Source of the DNA: Nitrospirota bacterium
GTDB taxonomy: Bacteria; Nitrospirota; UBA9217
DNA length: 64,000 nt
Assembly (NCBI GenBank): GCA_029858565.1
Contig: JAOUEV010000005.1
Coordinates: forward strand, 47,739-111,738
Reading direction: 5' to 3'
The notes beneath the pieces are model-generated. The model did not search any database, had not been told where the DNA came from, and saw only the letters and a program-made list of their open reading frames with translations. Positions 19,206-29,551 of the stretch are shown in pieces (the first letter of the stretch is position 1; each line of letters begins with the position of its first letter). The position numbers were made by a program, and so were the translations under genes.

Positions 19206-21137
19206 ATGACCATCAGCAAGATCCTCGGCACCAGCGGCGCTGTTGCCCGGGCAATGGGCCCGGACTTCGAGGAGCGGCCGCAGCAGCTCCAGATGGCCGA
19301 AGCCGTGCTCCGGTCCCTCCAGGCGAAGAACCATCTGATCGTCGAGGCGGGCACGGGCGTGGGCAAAAGCCTCGCCTACCTCGTGCCGCTCGTGCTCTGG
19401 GCCCGCGAGGAAAACTGCCGCGTTGTGGTGGCGACGTACACCAAGGCGCTCCAGCAGCAGATCATCCAGAAGGACATCCCCTTTCTCAAGAAAGTGCTCG
19501 GCGACTTTCGCGCGGCCCTGTGCGTGGGCGGGGAGAACTATCTCTGCCTCCGCAGGTTCGACCAGCTCCGGATGCACGATCTCTACGAGCAGTCCGATGT
19601 GGAGCCGCTGAACCGGCTTTTCGAATGGTCCACCGGCACCAGGACCGGCCTCAGGAGCGAACTGAACTTCGAGCCGCCTGCCGGGCTGTGGGCAAAAGCC
19701 TCGCGCGAAGCGGACCTCTGCTTTAACCGGGACTGTTCCTATTACAAGGAATGCTTTTACCAGCGGGGGAAACTGCTGGAGCAGCAGGCCCAGGTGCTTG
19801 TGGCGAACCACCATCTCTTCTTCGCGGACCTGGCGACCGGCGGCAATGTCCTGCCCCAGCACCGCGCCGTGGTGTTCGACGAGGCACATCAGATCGAGGA
19901 TGTTGCCACGGACTACCTGGGCATCGAGATCTCCAATTATTCCGTGCGCCATCTTCTCGATAACCTGTTGAGCCAGCGGACCAGGAAAGGCCTGCTCACC
20001 CGGCTGAAGGCCCCGGGGCCGGAGGTCCAGGCCGCCCGGGAGATCGTGGACGGGCTGCGCCAGAGCGCGGAGAACTTCTTCCTGAACCTGCATGAAGTGC
20101 TTCGTCATGACCCGGTGCAGCGCGTACGGAAGCCGGACATCGTGCCGGACATCCTGAGCGACCACCTGGCGCTGCTCAAGGACGCCCTGCTCAGCCTCAC
20201 GGTGGAAACCCATGAAGAGGAACAGGAAATAAAGGCCTTTGCCGGACGCGCCGCAGGCCTCGCCGCCGCCATCCGGCACAACCTCGCCCAGAACCAGGAG
20301 GGTTTTGTGTACTGGGCCGAGCGCGAGAGCAAGCGGTACCGCCTGGTCGCTTCGCCCATCGACATCGCGGACACGCTTCGCGAGCACCTTTTCGGCAAGC
20401 TGGACTCGGCCATCCTGACCTCGGCCACGCTTTCGTCCGCCGGTTCCTTCACCTACATCAAGGGACGGATCGGCCTGGACGAGCCGACCGAGCTTTTGCT
20501 TGATTCTCCTTTTGACTTCGAGAAGCAGGCGTTGCTCTATGTATCCCCGGGCCTCGACGACCAGCAGGCGGAAGGCTACCAGCAGCGGTTCGACCGGGAA
20601 CTCCTGGCTGTTCTCGGCACCACGCGGGGACGGACCCTGGCGCTGTTCACGAGCTATGGCCAGATGAGAAAATCCGCGGAGACCGTCAGGCGGGAGTTGC
20701 CGGACATCACGATCCTGTGCCAGGGGGAAATGCCCGCCTACCGGCTGATCGAGCAGTTCAAGGAACGATCAGCAACCGTGCTCTTCGGCACTGCATCGTT
20801 CTGGCAGGGCATCGATATCCCCGGAGACGCGCTCCAATGCGTCGTGATCGCCAAGCTCCCCTTTGCCGTGCCTGACGAACCCCTGATCGAGGCGCGCATG
20901 GAGCGGCTCAAGAACCCTTTTTTCGAGTACCAGGTGCCCCAGGCCACGCTGCTCTTCCGCCAGGGATTCGGCAGGCTGATCCGGACCAAGACCGACCGGG
21001 GCGTAGTCGCGGTGCTTGATTCGCGTATTATGACCAAGAACTACGGCAAGTGGTTCCTCCGGTCCCTGCCCAAATGCAGGATCACCGACGACCGGGAGGA
21101 GTTCGCCGCTTTTTTCAGAAGCCTGCAAAAGGATTAG
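19206..21137 (+). CDS. DinG/YoaA family ATP-dependent Fe-S DNA helicase
   Basis: Q motif ERPQQ, EAGTGVGKS, Fe-S cysteines NYLC...C....C.....C, VFDEAH, TSATL, SFWQGID.PG, QGFGRLIR. Confidence 0.95.
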   Translation: MTISKILGTSGAVARAMGPDFEERPQQLQMAEAVLRSLQAKNHLIVEAGTGVGKSLAYLVPLVLWAREENCRVVVATYTKALQQQIIQKDIPFLKKVLGDFRAALCVGGENYLCLRRFDQLRMHDLYEQSDVEPLNRLFEWSTGTRTGLRSELNFEPPAGLWAKASREADLCFNRDCSYYKECFYQRGKLLEQQAQVLVANHHLFFADLATGGNVLPQHRAVVFDEAHQIEDVATDYLGIEISNYSVRHLLDNLLSQRTRKGLLTRLKAPGPEVQAAREIVDGLRQSAENFFLNLHEVLRHDPVQRVRKPDIVPDILSDHLALLKDALLSLTVETHEEEQEIKAFAGRAAGLAAAIRHNLAQNQEGFVYWAERESKRYRLVASPIDIADTLREHLFGKLDSAILTSATLSSAGSFTYIKGRIGLDEPTELLLDSPFDFEKQALLYVSPGLDDQQAEGYQQRFDRELLAVLGTTRGRTLALFTSYGQMRKSAETVRRELPDITILCQGEMPAYRLIEQFKERSATVLFGTASFWQGIDIPGDALQCVVIAKLPFAVPDEPLIEARMERLKNPFFEYQVPQATLLFRQGFGRLIRTKTDRGVVAVLDSRIMTKNYGKWFLRSLPKCRITDDREEFAAFFRSLQKD

Positions 21138-21164
21138 ACGGCAAAAAACACAGCAGATCCTTTT

Positions 21165-21315
21165 TTTCGCGCAAAGCCGCAAAGGCGCAAAGAAATTCTC
21201 CTATGAGGCGCCTAGGATACTTTTCTTCATTTGAATTGCCGGGACATTGGATGTTTTTTATCGTTTTGAACTTCGCTCGCGCCATTCTTTGCGGGCTTTG
21301 CGGCTTTGCGCGAGA
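21165..21315. repeat. Inverted mini-repeat element (CGCAAAG-array arms)
   Basis: TCGCGCAAAGCCGCAAAGGCGCAAAGAA ... TTCTTTGCGGGCTTTGCGGCTTTGCGCGAGA around an AT-rich spacer. Confidence 0.85.
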
Positions 21316-21390
21316 TAAAAGGTTTCGACTCTCATGTATTGAATAGTATTGCGGCAAGCAGGACAACCCGCAGATCACGAGGAGCTTCAC

Positions 21391-22422
21391 ATGCAACTGC
21401 ACTTCACCCGAACCAACGGCCTTGTTGACGAGGCCATCGACCGGCTCATCAGCCAGGCCGAGGGCGTGCGCAGGCCGGAGTATGTGCGCGAAATGATCCT
21501 GTCAGCGCTCAAGGCCGGGCAGGAGGACGATGAGCGCGCTGACATCAAGCTCATGAACTCCACGCTCAAGGAGATGCGGTTCACGGCCAAGGTGTTCGGC
21601 CCCTACCGCCAGGTGCGCAAGGTGACGGTCTTCGGTTCCGCGCGCACTTCGCCCGATGAACCTGTTTACCAGATGGCACAGGATTTCGGGCGGGCGCTTG
21701 CCGCAGCCGGGTTCATGGCCATAACCGGAGGAGGAGGCGGGATCATGCGCGCTGTGAACGAGGGAGCGGGTCCCGAGCACTCCTTTGGCGTGAACATCAG
21801 GCTCCCTTTTGAACAGAACCCGAATCCCGTGCTGGCCGGAAATCCACGGCTGATCACTTATAAGTATTTTTTCAACCGCAAGGTCGCTTTCCTGAAAGAG
21901 GCTCACGCAATAGCCCTGTTCCCCGGCGGATTCGGCACACTTGATGAGGCAATGGAAACCCTCACCCTGGTCCAGACAGGCAAACGTGATCCCCTGCCGC
22001 TCATTCTGATCGACGAGCCCGGAGGCTCGTACTGGAAAGCCTGGATACGGTTCTTTGAAGAGGAAATGCTGACACGGGGATATGTGACTGGGTCGGATTT
22101 CGATCTCTTTGAGCGGGTCGATTCGATCGAGGCCGCTGTGGAAAAGATCAAGCACTTCTACAAACGGTACCACAGCCTGCGGTACGTGGAAGACCGGCTG
22201 GTTGTACGGCTCCTGGCTCCGCTTGAGCCGGACCAGGTCCGGGACCTGCAGGAGAGATTCCGGGATATGCTTGCACCGGGCGGCAGGATGGAGCTGTCAA
22301 GCGCAGACGAGGCCGAGGCCGGCGAAGAGGAGATCATCAGGCTGCCGCGGCTGGTCGTGGACTTCAACCGCAGGGATTTCGGCAGGCTCAGGAATTTGAT
22401 CAACGCGATCAACGAGTACTGA
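21391..22422 (+). CDS. LOG family nucleotide phosphoribohydrolase (long form)
   Basis: VTVFGSART, ITGGGGGIM, KYFFNRK, PGGFGTLDE. RBS GAGGAG. Confidence 0.92.
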   Translation: MQLHFTRTNGLVDEAIDRLISQAEGVRRPEYVREMILSALKAGQEDDERADIKLMNSTLKEMRFTAKVFGPYRQVRKVTVFGSARTSPDEPVYQMAQDFGRALAAAGFMAITGGGGGIMRAVNEGAGPEHSFGVNIRLPFEQNPNPVLAGNPRLITYKYFFNRKVAFLKEAHAIALFPGGFGTLDEAMETLTLVQTGKRDPLPLILIDEPGGSYWKAWIRFFEEEMLTRGYVTGSDFDLFERVDSIEAAVEKIKHFYKRYHSLRYVEDRLVVRLLAPLEPDQVRDLQERFRDMLAPGGRMELSSADEAEAGEEEIIRLPRLVVDFNRRDFGRLRNLINAINEY

Positions 22423-22431
22423 GGCGGCCTG

Positions 22432-22860
22432 CTACCGCACGTACTCGGTCAGAAAATGCACCTGCGCCTGGAGCTTCTTCACGTGCGCCCTCACCACGTC
22501 GCGGATCGAGATGAGCCCCACGATCTCTCCTTCGTCCACGATCGGCATGTGCCGGAAGTTCTTCTGAACCATCACCGCCATGACGTAGTCGTTCTGATCG
22601 TCCGCCTCGGCCACGAGCAGGTTCTCGCTCTTGACCATGATGTCCGCGACGCGCACGCCGTCCAGGTCGCAGCCGGTCCTTCCCAGGATGCGCACCACAT
22701 CCCGTTCCGTCACGATGCCGCAGAGCTTGCCGTCATCCTCCACGAGCAGGGCGCCGATGTTCTTGTCCATCATGATCCGCGCCACCTCGGGAATGCCCGT
22801 GTCCACGTCCACGGTCAGCACTTCGCTGCCTTTTTCCTTCAGAATATCCCGCATGGTCAT
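22432..22860 (-). CDS. CBS-pair domain protein
   Basis: IGALLV...GIVTERD and FRHMPIV...GLISIRDVV. Confidence 0.92.
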   Translation of the reverse strand: MTMRDILKEKGSEVLTVDVDTGIPEVARIMMDKNIGALLVEDDGKLCGIVTERDVVRILGRTGCDLDGVRVADIMVKSENLLVAEADDQNDYVMAVMVQKNFRHMPIVDEGEIVGLISIRDVVRAHVKKLQAQVHFLTEYVR

Positions 22861-22913
22861 AGAAATGACCTCCTAACCCGGACAAACCGGAACCAATACA
22901 GAGTCAAGATCGA

Positions 22914-23001
22914 TCTCGCGCAAAGCCGCAAAGGCCGCAAAGGAATTCACCGGTTATGAATTACTTCGCCTTTCTTTGCGACTTCGCGTCTTTGCGAGAG
23001 A
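22914..23001. repeat. Inverted mini-repeat element (CGCAAAG-array arms), second copy
   Basis: TCTCGCGCAAAGCCGCAAAGGCCGCAAAGG ... CTTTGCGACTTCGCGTCTTTGCGAGAGA; the left arm is nearly identical to the 21165 copy. Confidence 0.85.
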
Positions 23002-23050
23002 ACAGCCTTTGTCTTTCGATTCTTGCTCTTTCATATATCTTTTTCAGCTG

Positions 23051-24562
23051 CTAATTCAGAAAATTCATCGTCAGCTTGCTCAGACTGTCCAACGGCGTCC
23101 AGTAGAGGCCGAAGAGCAGCGTCAGGAACGTCAGGACCCCGAGCACGGCATAGGAAACGTAGCGCTCCGTCGTCATGGCCGAGAGCGGCGCTCCCTTCAC
23201 CCGCTTGGACAGGAACATCATTTTTACAACCCGGGCATAGTAGAAGAGCGAAATGACGGTGTTCAACACCGCCACGACTGCGAGCCAGTATAAGCCGGGC
23301 CCCTTCTTGATCACCGCCATCAGCAGGTAAACCTTGCCGATGAACCCGGCAAAGGGCGGGATGCCTGCCAGGGAAAAGAGCGCTATGGCCATGGCGGACG
23401 CCAGAAAAGCCCCCTGGGGGCCCTTCCATCCCAGCCCTTCGTACCCGTCGAGACGTTCGGTGTAGTATTCGTTCGCTATCACGATGGCCACCAGGAACGC
23501 CGCCAGGTTCATGAGCAGGTACACGGCGAAATAGAAGAACACGGCGCTGATCCCGAAGGCGCTCCGGCTCGCAACGGCCATGAGGGCATAGCCCGCGTGG
23601 GCGATGCTGGAGTAGGCCAGCAGCCGCTTGATGTTCCGCTGCGGCAGCGCCGCGAGGTTCCCCACGGTCATGGTGAGCGCGGAAAGGACCGCGATGGTGA
23701 AGGTCCAGTCGAACTGCGCCGCCGGCGGCGCCTCGGCCTGGGCTCCCACACCGAAGACCTGGTAGAGCACCCGCATCAGGATCGCGAAGCCTGCCGCCTT
23801 GGGCCCCACGGACAAAAAAGCGCTGAACGCGGTCGGCGCGCCTTCGTACACGTCGGGGCTCCAGAGATGGAACGGGAACGCCGCGATCTTGAAGCCCAGG
23901 CCGGTGAGGATGAAGGCGATGGAGATGAACAGCATGGACCCGGACACCTGGTTTGCAACAAGGTACGCTCTGATCGCGCTGAAATCCAGGGAACCGGTCA
24001 GGCCGTAGAGCAGTGAAAAGCCGTAGATCATCACCCCGGATGCGACCGCGCCGTAGAGCAGGTACTTCACCGCGGCCTCGGTGGTGCGCTCGTCGCGGTC
24101 CACGAAACCGGTCAAGAGGTAGGACGTGAAACTCAGGAGTTCCATGCCGAGATAGAGCATCAAAATGTTGTTCGAAGCAATGAACAGCATCATGCCGAGG
24201 CAGAGAGAAAGCGCGAGCACCGTGTACTCCATCGAGTCACGGAACCGCTTCGACGTTTCGCGCGCCAGCAGGGAAAAGAGGAGAAACAGAATACCCGAGA
24301 CCAGGCAGAGGATCTTGAACAGACGGCCCAGGCTGTCGCTCCGGAGAAGACCATGGAATATCTCCGTTGAGCCGGGGCGGGTCGCGCAGGCGACAATTTC
24401 GAGCGCGAGCGTCACCGCAAGCCCGAATATTCCCAGCGAGTAATAGAGACCGGGCGTTCCCTGCTCCTTCCTGATCAAGAGGCTTGCAGCAAGCAGCAGG
24501 ATGATGTAGACCGACAGGAACCCTTCGGATGCGAAGTATGTGAGACTTTCGAGGTTATTCAT
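23051..24562 (-). CDS. nuoN: NADH-quinone oxidoreductase-like subunit N
   Basis: EAAVKY, GFKIAAFPFHLWSPDVYEGAPT, KRLLAYSSIAHAGY, SLAGIPPFAGFIGK. Confidence 0.96.
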   Translation of the reverse strand: MNNLESLTYFASEGFLSVYIILLLAASLLIRKEQGTPGLYYSLGIFGLAVTLALEIVACATRPGSTEIFHGLLRSDSLGRLFKILCLVSGILFLLFSLLARETSKRFRDSMEYTVLALSLCLGMMLFIASNNILMLYLGMELLSFTSYLLTGFVDRDERTTEAAVKYLLYGAVASGVMIYGFSLLYGLTGSLDFSAIRAYLVANQVSGSMLFISIAFILTGLGFKIAAFPFHLWSPDVYEGAPTAFSAFLSVGPKAAGFAILMRVLYQVFGVGAQAEAPPAAQFDWTFTIAVLSALTMTVGNLAALPQRNIKRLLAYSSIAHAGYALMAVASRSAFGISAVFFYFAVYLLMNLAAFLVAIVIANEYYTERLDGYEGLGWKGPQGAFLASAMAIALFSLAGIPPFAGFIGKVYLLMAVIKKGPGLYWLAVVAVLNTVISLFYYARVVKMMFLSKRVKGAPLSAMTTERYVSYAVLGVLTFLTLLFGLYWTPLDSLSKLTMNFLN

Positions 24563-24571
24563 GATTGATAC

Positions 24572-26071
24572 CTACAATGCCGCCACCACCAGCGCATTCA
24601 GCGATCCCAGCGTGGACTTCATCAGGTTCAGCACCGGATGAGGGAATACGCCCAGGACCACGACCAGGACCGCGAGCGGAGCAAGGCTTGCTATTTCCCG
24701 GCCGGTCAGGTCCGGCAATAAAGCATACTTCTGGTTTACCGCGCCGAGGAAGACCCGCTGCAGGGTCCAGAGGCAATAGGCGGCCGTAATGATCACGCCG
24801 GTCGCCGCGATGACCGCAAGCACGGTGTGCGTCTTGAAAGCGCCCAGGAGCACGAGCGCCTCGCTGATGAAGCTGTTCAGACCGGGCAGGCCCAGGGCCG
24901 CGAAGAAGGCCAGGAAAGTCACGAAAGCATAATTCGGCGTCACCGACGCAAGCCCGCCGAAGCCTTCGATCTCGCGGTGGTGCGCCCGGTCGTAGACCAC
25001 GCCCACAAGCAGGAACAGCATCGCGGTCACCACCCCGTGATTGAACATCTGGAGCACCGCGCCGTTCAGACCTTCGTCGGTGAAGCTCGCCATGCCGAGC
25101 ATCACGTAGCCCATGTGGCTGATGCTGGAGTAGGCCACGAGCTTCTTCAGGTCCTTTTGCGCCATGGCGCAGAGCGCGCCGTAGATGATGTTGATCGTGC
25201 CGATCACCGCCATGACCGTTGCCATGGAGCGGGTGACGTCGGGCAGCAGGCTGAAGTTGATCCGAAGGATGCCGTAGGTGCCCATCTTGAGCAGGATGCC
25301 CGCCAGCACCACGCTGATAGCGGTCGGCGCCTCCACGTGCGCATCGGGCAGCCAGGTGTGGAAGGGGAACAGCGGAACCTTGATCGCGAAGCCGATGAAG
25401 AGCCCCCACCAGAGGATCGCCCGGTAGCCCAGGACGCTGCTGTTCCTTGCCAGCTCCGTGAGATCAAAGGTGTGCGGAGTCGAGACCAGGTAGGCATAGA
25501 TGATCACCAGCAGCATCAGCACCGAGCCGACCAGGGTATAGATGAAGAACTTGATCGCCGCATACTCCTTTCGAGGCCCCCCCCAGATGCCGATCAGAAA
25601 GTACATGGGCAGCAGCATCACTTCCCAGAATATGAAGAACAGGAAGAAATCGAGGGCAACGAAGACCCCCATCATCCCGGTCTCGAGCAGCAGGAACAGG
25701 AAGTGGTATCCCTTGACGCCCTTTTCGATGTTCCAGGAAGCCAGGATGCAGAGCGGGCAGATCAGCGCGCACAGCAGGATCATGGGAATGCTCAGGCCGT
25801 CAACGCCCACGAAATAGTTGATATTGAAGTCCCGGATCCAGGCGTGCTTCTCCACGAACTGAATGCCCGCTTCCGTGGTGAATCCCGACGAAGATGTGTT
25901 GAATCCGGCGAACAGCATGCCGGCCAACAGCAGCGGGATCAGGGTGAAAACGAGGGCGGTCCGGCGGATCGCGTCTTTCCGGTCACGGGGGATCAGCAGC
26001 ACGACCGCGCCGCCAAGAAGCGGGAGAAAGGTGATGAGCGTCAGAATATGATTATGAATGAACTCCGTCAT
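24572..26071 (-). CDS. nuoM: NADH-quinone oxidoreductase-like subunit M
   Basis: GVDGLS, FWEVMLLPMY, FAIKVPLFPFHTWLPDAHVEAPT, LLKMGTYG. ATG at 26071 follows AGGAG. Confidence 0.96.
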   Translation of the reverse strand: MTEFIHNHILTLITFLPLLGGAVVLLIPRDRKDAIRRTALVFTLIPLLLAGMLFAGFNTSSSGFTTEAGIQFVEKHAWIRDFNINYFVGVDGLSIPMILLCALICPLCILASWNIEKGVKGYHFLFLLLETGMMGVFVALDFFLFFIFWEVMLLPMYFLIGIWGGPRKEYAAIKFFIYTLVGSVLMLLVIIYAYLVSTPHTFDLTELARNSSVLGYRAILWWGLFIGFAIKVPLFPFHTWLPDAHVEAPTAISVVLAGILLKMGTYGILRINFSLLPDVTRSMATVMAVIGTINIIYGALCAMAQKDLKKLVAYSSISHMGYVMLGMASFTDEGLNGAVLQMFNHGVVTAMLFLLVGVVYDRAHHREIEGFGGLASVTPNYAFVTFLAFFAALGLPGLNSFISEALVLLGAFKTHTVLAVIAATGVIITAAYCLWTLQRVFLGAVNQKYALLPDLTGREIASLAPLAVLVVVLGVFPHPVLNLMKSTLGSLNALVVAAL

Positions 26072-26088
26072 GTACGATCTCCTTTGCC

Positions 26089-28167
26089 TTAAACCGTCAT
26101 CAGCCGGATCACAATCCCCAGCGCCACCATGCAGACCAGCACCAGCACGTACACCTGCACCCTGCCAGTCTGCAGCTTGCGCACCTGTTCGCCGAAAGAG
26201 AGCGTCGAGTCGGCAACAAGGTTCACGGCGCCGTCCACGTAGGCCTGATCGAACCAACCGGCGATCCGCGCTTGCGTCCTGAGCGCGAGCCCGCTCACAT
26301 TCACCAGCAGGTCGATGACGTGCCGGTCGAACAGGGCAAGGACGCGGCTCAGGATCTTCGTGCCGGTCACGAACAGGGCGCCGTAGATCTCATCGATATA
26401 ATATTTGTTGTACACCAGCCGGTGAACGGGGCCGAGCCGTTCGGCCAGCATCACCGGGATGTCCGGCCTGGCCAGGTAGAAGAGATAAGCCAGTCCTCCC
26501 CCTGCCAGGGCAGCGCAAACCGACGCAGCCATGAGTACATACTCAATGGGATCGTGCGTCCCTGCGGTCCCGTGATGACCAAGAACCGGGGCCAGGAATT
26601 CGGCGATCCGGTTCGACCCTCCCAAGGCCGCTGGCACGCCGACTAGACCGGCTGCTGCCGAGAAACCTGCAAGGATGATAAGAGGAACCGTGATCGCGGC
26701 CGGCGATTCAGATATCACGCGATCATGAGCATGCTCACCGTGGTCGTCATGATGGTTATGATGTGCATCCCGCCTCGTCTCACCGAAGAATGTCAGAAAG
26801 AGCAGCCGCGCCATATAGAATGCCGTGATGCCCGCTGTCAGGAACCCGGCGAACCAGAGGCCGGGATGGCCGTGTTCGCCGCTCCAGGCCTGCCACAGGA
26901 TCTCGTCCTTGCTGAAGAAGCCGGAGAGCGGAGGCATGCCCATGATGGCAGCAGTGGCGAGAGCAAAGGTTGCGAAGGTCCTGGGCATGTGCTTCCGGAG
27001 ACCGCCCATCTTCCTGATGTCCTGCTCATGGTGCATGCCCAGGATCACGCTGCCCGCGCCCAGGAACAAACAGGCCTTGAAAAACGCGTGAGTCATGACG
27101 TGGAACAGACCGGCTGACCAGGCCCCGACGCCCATGGCGAGAAACATATAGCCGAGCTGGCTCACCGTGGAATAAGCAAGCACCTTCTTAATGTCGTTCT
27201 GGAGGCATCCCATGGTCGCGGCAAGCAAGGCGGTTCCCGCGCCCGTAACCGCGATCACCGCCATTGCCGTGTGGCTCATGGAGAACAGGAAGTTCAGCCT
27301 GCCGACCATATACACGCCCGCGGTCACCATGGTCGCGGCGTGGATCAGCGCGCTGACCGGTGTGGGGCCGGCCATGGCGTCAGGCAGCCAGACGTAGAGC
27401 GGGATCTGGGCAGATTTGCCGGTCGCGCCGAGGAAAAGCGCCAGGCAGATCACGGTCGCGAGGCTTGCGCCGAAGATCGTGGCGTCCTTCAAAAGGTGGG
27501 CATGTTCGGCAAGATACGAAAAACTCAGGATCGACGTCCCGGCGGACGGTCCTGCTGCCTTCGCAAGAAACCAGTAGAGCAGGAATAGACCTGCAATGAA
27601 CCCGAAATCACCCACCCGGTTCACGATAAATGCTTTGTTCGCTGCCGTGGTATTTTGTTTCTCCTGAAACCAGAACCCGATCAGGAGGTACGAGCAGAGC
27701 CCCACCCCTTCCCATCCCACGAACATGAGCAGCGCATTCTCAGCCAGCACCAGAATGAGCATGGAAAAGACGAACAGGTTCAAATAGGCGAAATACCGCG
27801 AGATCCCCTGGTCGCCGTGCATGTACGCGGTTGAGTACACATGGATCAGGAACCCGATCCCCGTGATGATCAGCAGCATCATTGCGCTCAAGGGGTCGAA
27901 GAGGAACGCTATCTCGACCTGCAGCGTTCCCAGGCTCATCCAGGTGTAGGCATGATTGACGATCGCAGCGCCGTGGCTGCCGGCAACGACGATGAATGCA
28001 GCCGTGGACAGCAGAAAGGACAGGAAGACCATCGCGGAGGCGATATATCCCGATGCCGTCCCGCCGAACCGCTCCCGGAGCCGCTTTCCGAAGAAACCGT
28101 TCACCACCGCACCCAGCAGGGGGAGCAGAACGATGATAAAACCATATGATTTAATAAAATAGGTCAT
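26089..28167 (-). CDS. nuoL: NADH-quinone oxidoreductase-like subunit L
   Basis: GWEGVGLCSYLLIGFW, GKSAQIPLYVWLPDAMAGPTPVSALIHAATMVTAG, HAFFKA. Confidence 0.97.
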   Translation of the reverse strand: MTYFIKSYGFIIVLLPLLGAVVNGFFGKRLRERFGGTASGYIASAMVFLSFLLSTAAFIVVAGSHGAAIVNHAYTWMSLGTLQVEIAFLFDPLSAMMLLIITGIGFLIHVYSTAYMHGDQGISRYFAYLNLFVFSMLILVLAENALLMFVGWEGVGLCSYLLIGFWFQEKQNTTAANKAFIVNRVGDFGFIAGLFLLYWFLAKAAGPSAGTSILSFSYLAEHAHLLKDATIFGASLATVICLALFLGATGKSAQIPLYVWLPDAMAGPTPVSALIHAATMVTAGVYMVGRLNFLFSMSHTAMAVIAVTGAGTALLAATMGCLQNDIKKVLAYSTVSQLGYMFLAMGVGAWSAGLFHVMTHAFFKACLFLGAGSVILGMHHEQDIRKMGGLRKHMPRTFATFALATAAIMGMPPLSGFFSKDEILWQAWSGEHGHPGLWFAGFLTAGITAFYMARLLFLTFFGETRRDAHHNHHDDHGEHAHDRVISESPAAITVPLIILAGFSAAAGLVGVPAALGGSNRIAEFLAPVLGHHGTAGTHDPIEYVLMAASVCAALAGGGLAYLFYLARPDIPVMLAERLGPVHRLVYNKYYIDEIYGALFVTGTKILSRVLALFDRHVIDLLVNVSGLALRTQARIAGWFDQAYVDGAVNLVADSTLSFGEQVRKLQTGRVQVYVLVLVCMVALGIVIRLMTV

Positions 28168-28200
28168 CTTAGTTATCGTCGATCTGTTCTAAAGGTTTTT

Positions 28201-28221
28201 AATCCGCATTCCGCAATCGGA
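28201..28221. repeat. Heptamer repeat remnant (TCCGCAH)
   Basis: AATCCGCATTCCGCAATCGGA directly after the nuoK stop. Confidence 0.6.
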
Positions 28222-28533
28222 TCACCATTTCAGCGTCGTAAGATTATCCGCATTGATGTCGCGGTACCGCTTGTAGATCGCCAGCAGCAGCGCCAGGGCT
28301 ATCGCCGCCTCGGCAGCCGCCAGCACGATCACGAACATCGAGACCATCTGTCCTTCCAGGTTGCGCGCGGTCAGCCTGCTGAAGGCCGCGAAGTTCAGGG
28401 CAGCGGAGTTCAGGATCAGCTCGATGCCCAGGAAGATGCCGATGATGCTCTTCTTCGAGACCACGGTCAGGAGACCGGCAAGGAACAGGATCAGGCTGAT
28501 GATGATATAGCTTGTAATGCCGGTCAGTTCCAT
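28222..28533 (-). CDS. nuoK: NADH-quinone oxidoreductase-like subunit K
   Basis: MELTG...IELILNSAALNF...GQ...LAAAEAAIALA...LKW. True start 28533; the ORF track over-extends it. Confidence 0.95.
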   Translation of the reverse strand: MELTGITSYIIISLILFLAGLLTVVSKKSIIGIFLGIELILNSAALNFAAFSRLTARNLEGQMVSMFVIVLAAAEAAIALALLLAIYKRYRDINADNLTTLKW

Positions 28534-28544
28534 AGCGGTTCTCC

Positions 28545-29057
28545 CTATTGCACCGACCGCCGCGAGATCACGAGGCTGCCCACCAGGACCGCGAGCAGCA
28601 GGATCGAGACGATCTCGAAGGGCAGCAGATACTTGCTCAGGAGCAGGTCGCCCAGCCCCTTGATCGTGGTCGCGGGATAGGCCGCATTCCCGTTCATTGC
28701 CCAGCGGGCGCCCTTGAGCGCGTAGAGGAAGGAACCCAGGAGCGCCAGGGCCGCCGCGCCCGCAAGCGCCATGCGCGGGCCGGAGATCATGTTCGTCTTC
28801 CGGATCTCGTCCACGTTCTTCGTCAGCAGGATCGCGAAGAGCAGCAGCACCGACACCCCGCCGATGTACACCACCACCTGGGTGATCGCCAGGAACTCCG
28901 CATCCAGGAAGAAATAGAGCCCCGACGTTCCGAGGAAGGTGAAAAAGAGCGCGAACGCGGAGTAGAGCACGTTCCGCGAAAAAACCACGATCAGACACGG
29001 AATCGTCGTCAAAAGCGCCACGCAGAGAAATACGATGTCTCTCATTCCGATTTCCAT
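28545..29057 (-). CDS. nuoJ: NADH-quinone oxidoreductase-like subunit J
   Basis: AEFLAITQVVVYIGGVSVLLLFAILL, YLLPFEIVSILLL. Confidence 0.95.
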   Translation of the reverse strand: MEIGMRDIVFLCVALLTTIPCLIVVFSRNVLYSAFALFFTFLGTSGLYFFLDAEFLAITQVVVYIGGVSVLLLFAILLTKNVDEIRKTNMISGPRMALAGAAALALLGSFLYALKGARWAMNGNAAYPATTIKGLGDLLLSKYLLPFEIVSILLLAVLVGSLVISRRSVQ

Positions 29058-29077
29058 CAACTCTTCCTTCTTAATTC

Positions 29078-29551
29078 TTACTTCGTACTTACAGCTGCCA
29101 GCTTCGCCACCGGAACCGGACCGGTCACGTGCCGCACGCACAGCTCCTGCATGTTGAAACAGGCGCCCTCGAACCGCTTCGAGAACACCAGGGCGTTCGA
29201 CGGACACTCCTCCACGCAGAGCCCGCAGTACATGCACTTGGCCTGGTTCACGTCAAAGCGGGTGAGCATGCGGATCTCCGCGGTCTTTTCAACAGTGATC
29301 CTGATGCAGTTGATGGGACAGGCGCGCATGCACTGCATGCAGCCGATGCACTTGTCCAGGTCCAGCCGCAGGAAGCCGCGAAACCGGTCCGCCACGACGT
29401 CGGCAGCGGTCTTGCCCGGCCCCAGCCGGTCGGGATACTCCACGGTGATCGAGGGCTCCTTCACCCAGTAGCGGAGCGTGATCTTCATCCCGGCGATGGT
29501 GGTCGTGACCGCGTCGGCGATATTCCGGAAATATTCGGCAACCGCGTTCAT
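29078..29551 (-). CDS. nuoI: NADH-quinone oxidoreductase-like subunit I (2x[4Fe-4S])
   Basis: ITVEYP, RFRG, CIGCMQCMRACP, CMYCGLCVEECP. Confidence 0.95.
   Translation of the reverse strand: MNAVAEYFRNIADAVTTTIAGMKITLRYWVKEPSITVEYPDRLGPGKTAADVVADRFRGFLRLDLDKCIGCMQCMRACPINCIRITVEKTAEIRMLTRFDVNQAKCMYCGLCVEECPSNALVFSKRFEGACFNMQELCVRHVTGPVPVAKLAAVSTK

Noticed and set aside
21165-23001. CRISPR array or IS ends
   Set aside because: The repeats are short inverted tandem arrays without regular unique spacers. There is no cas gene, transposase or clear target-site duplication.
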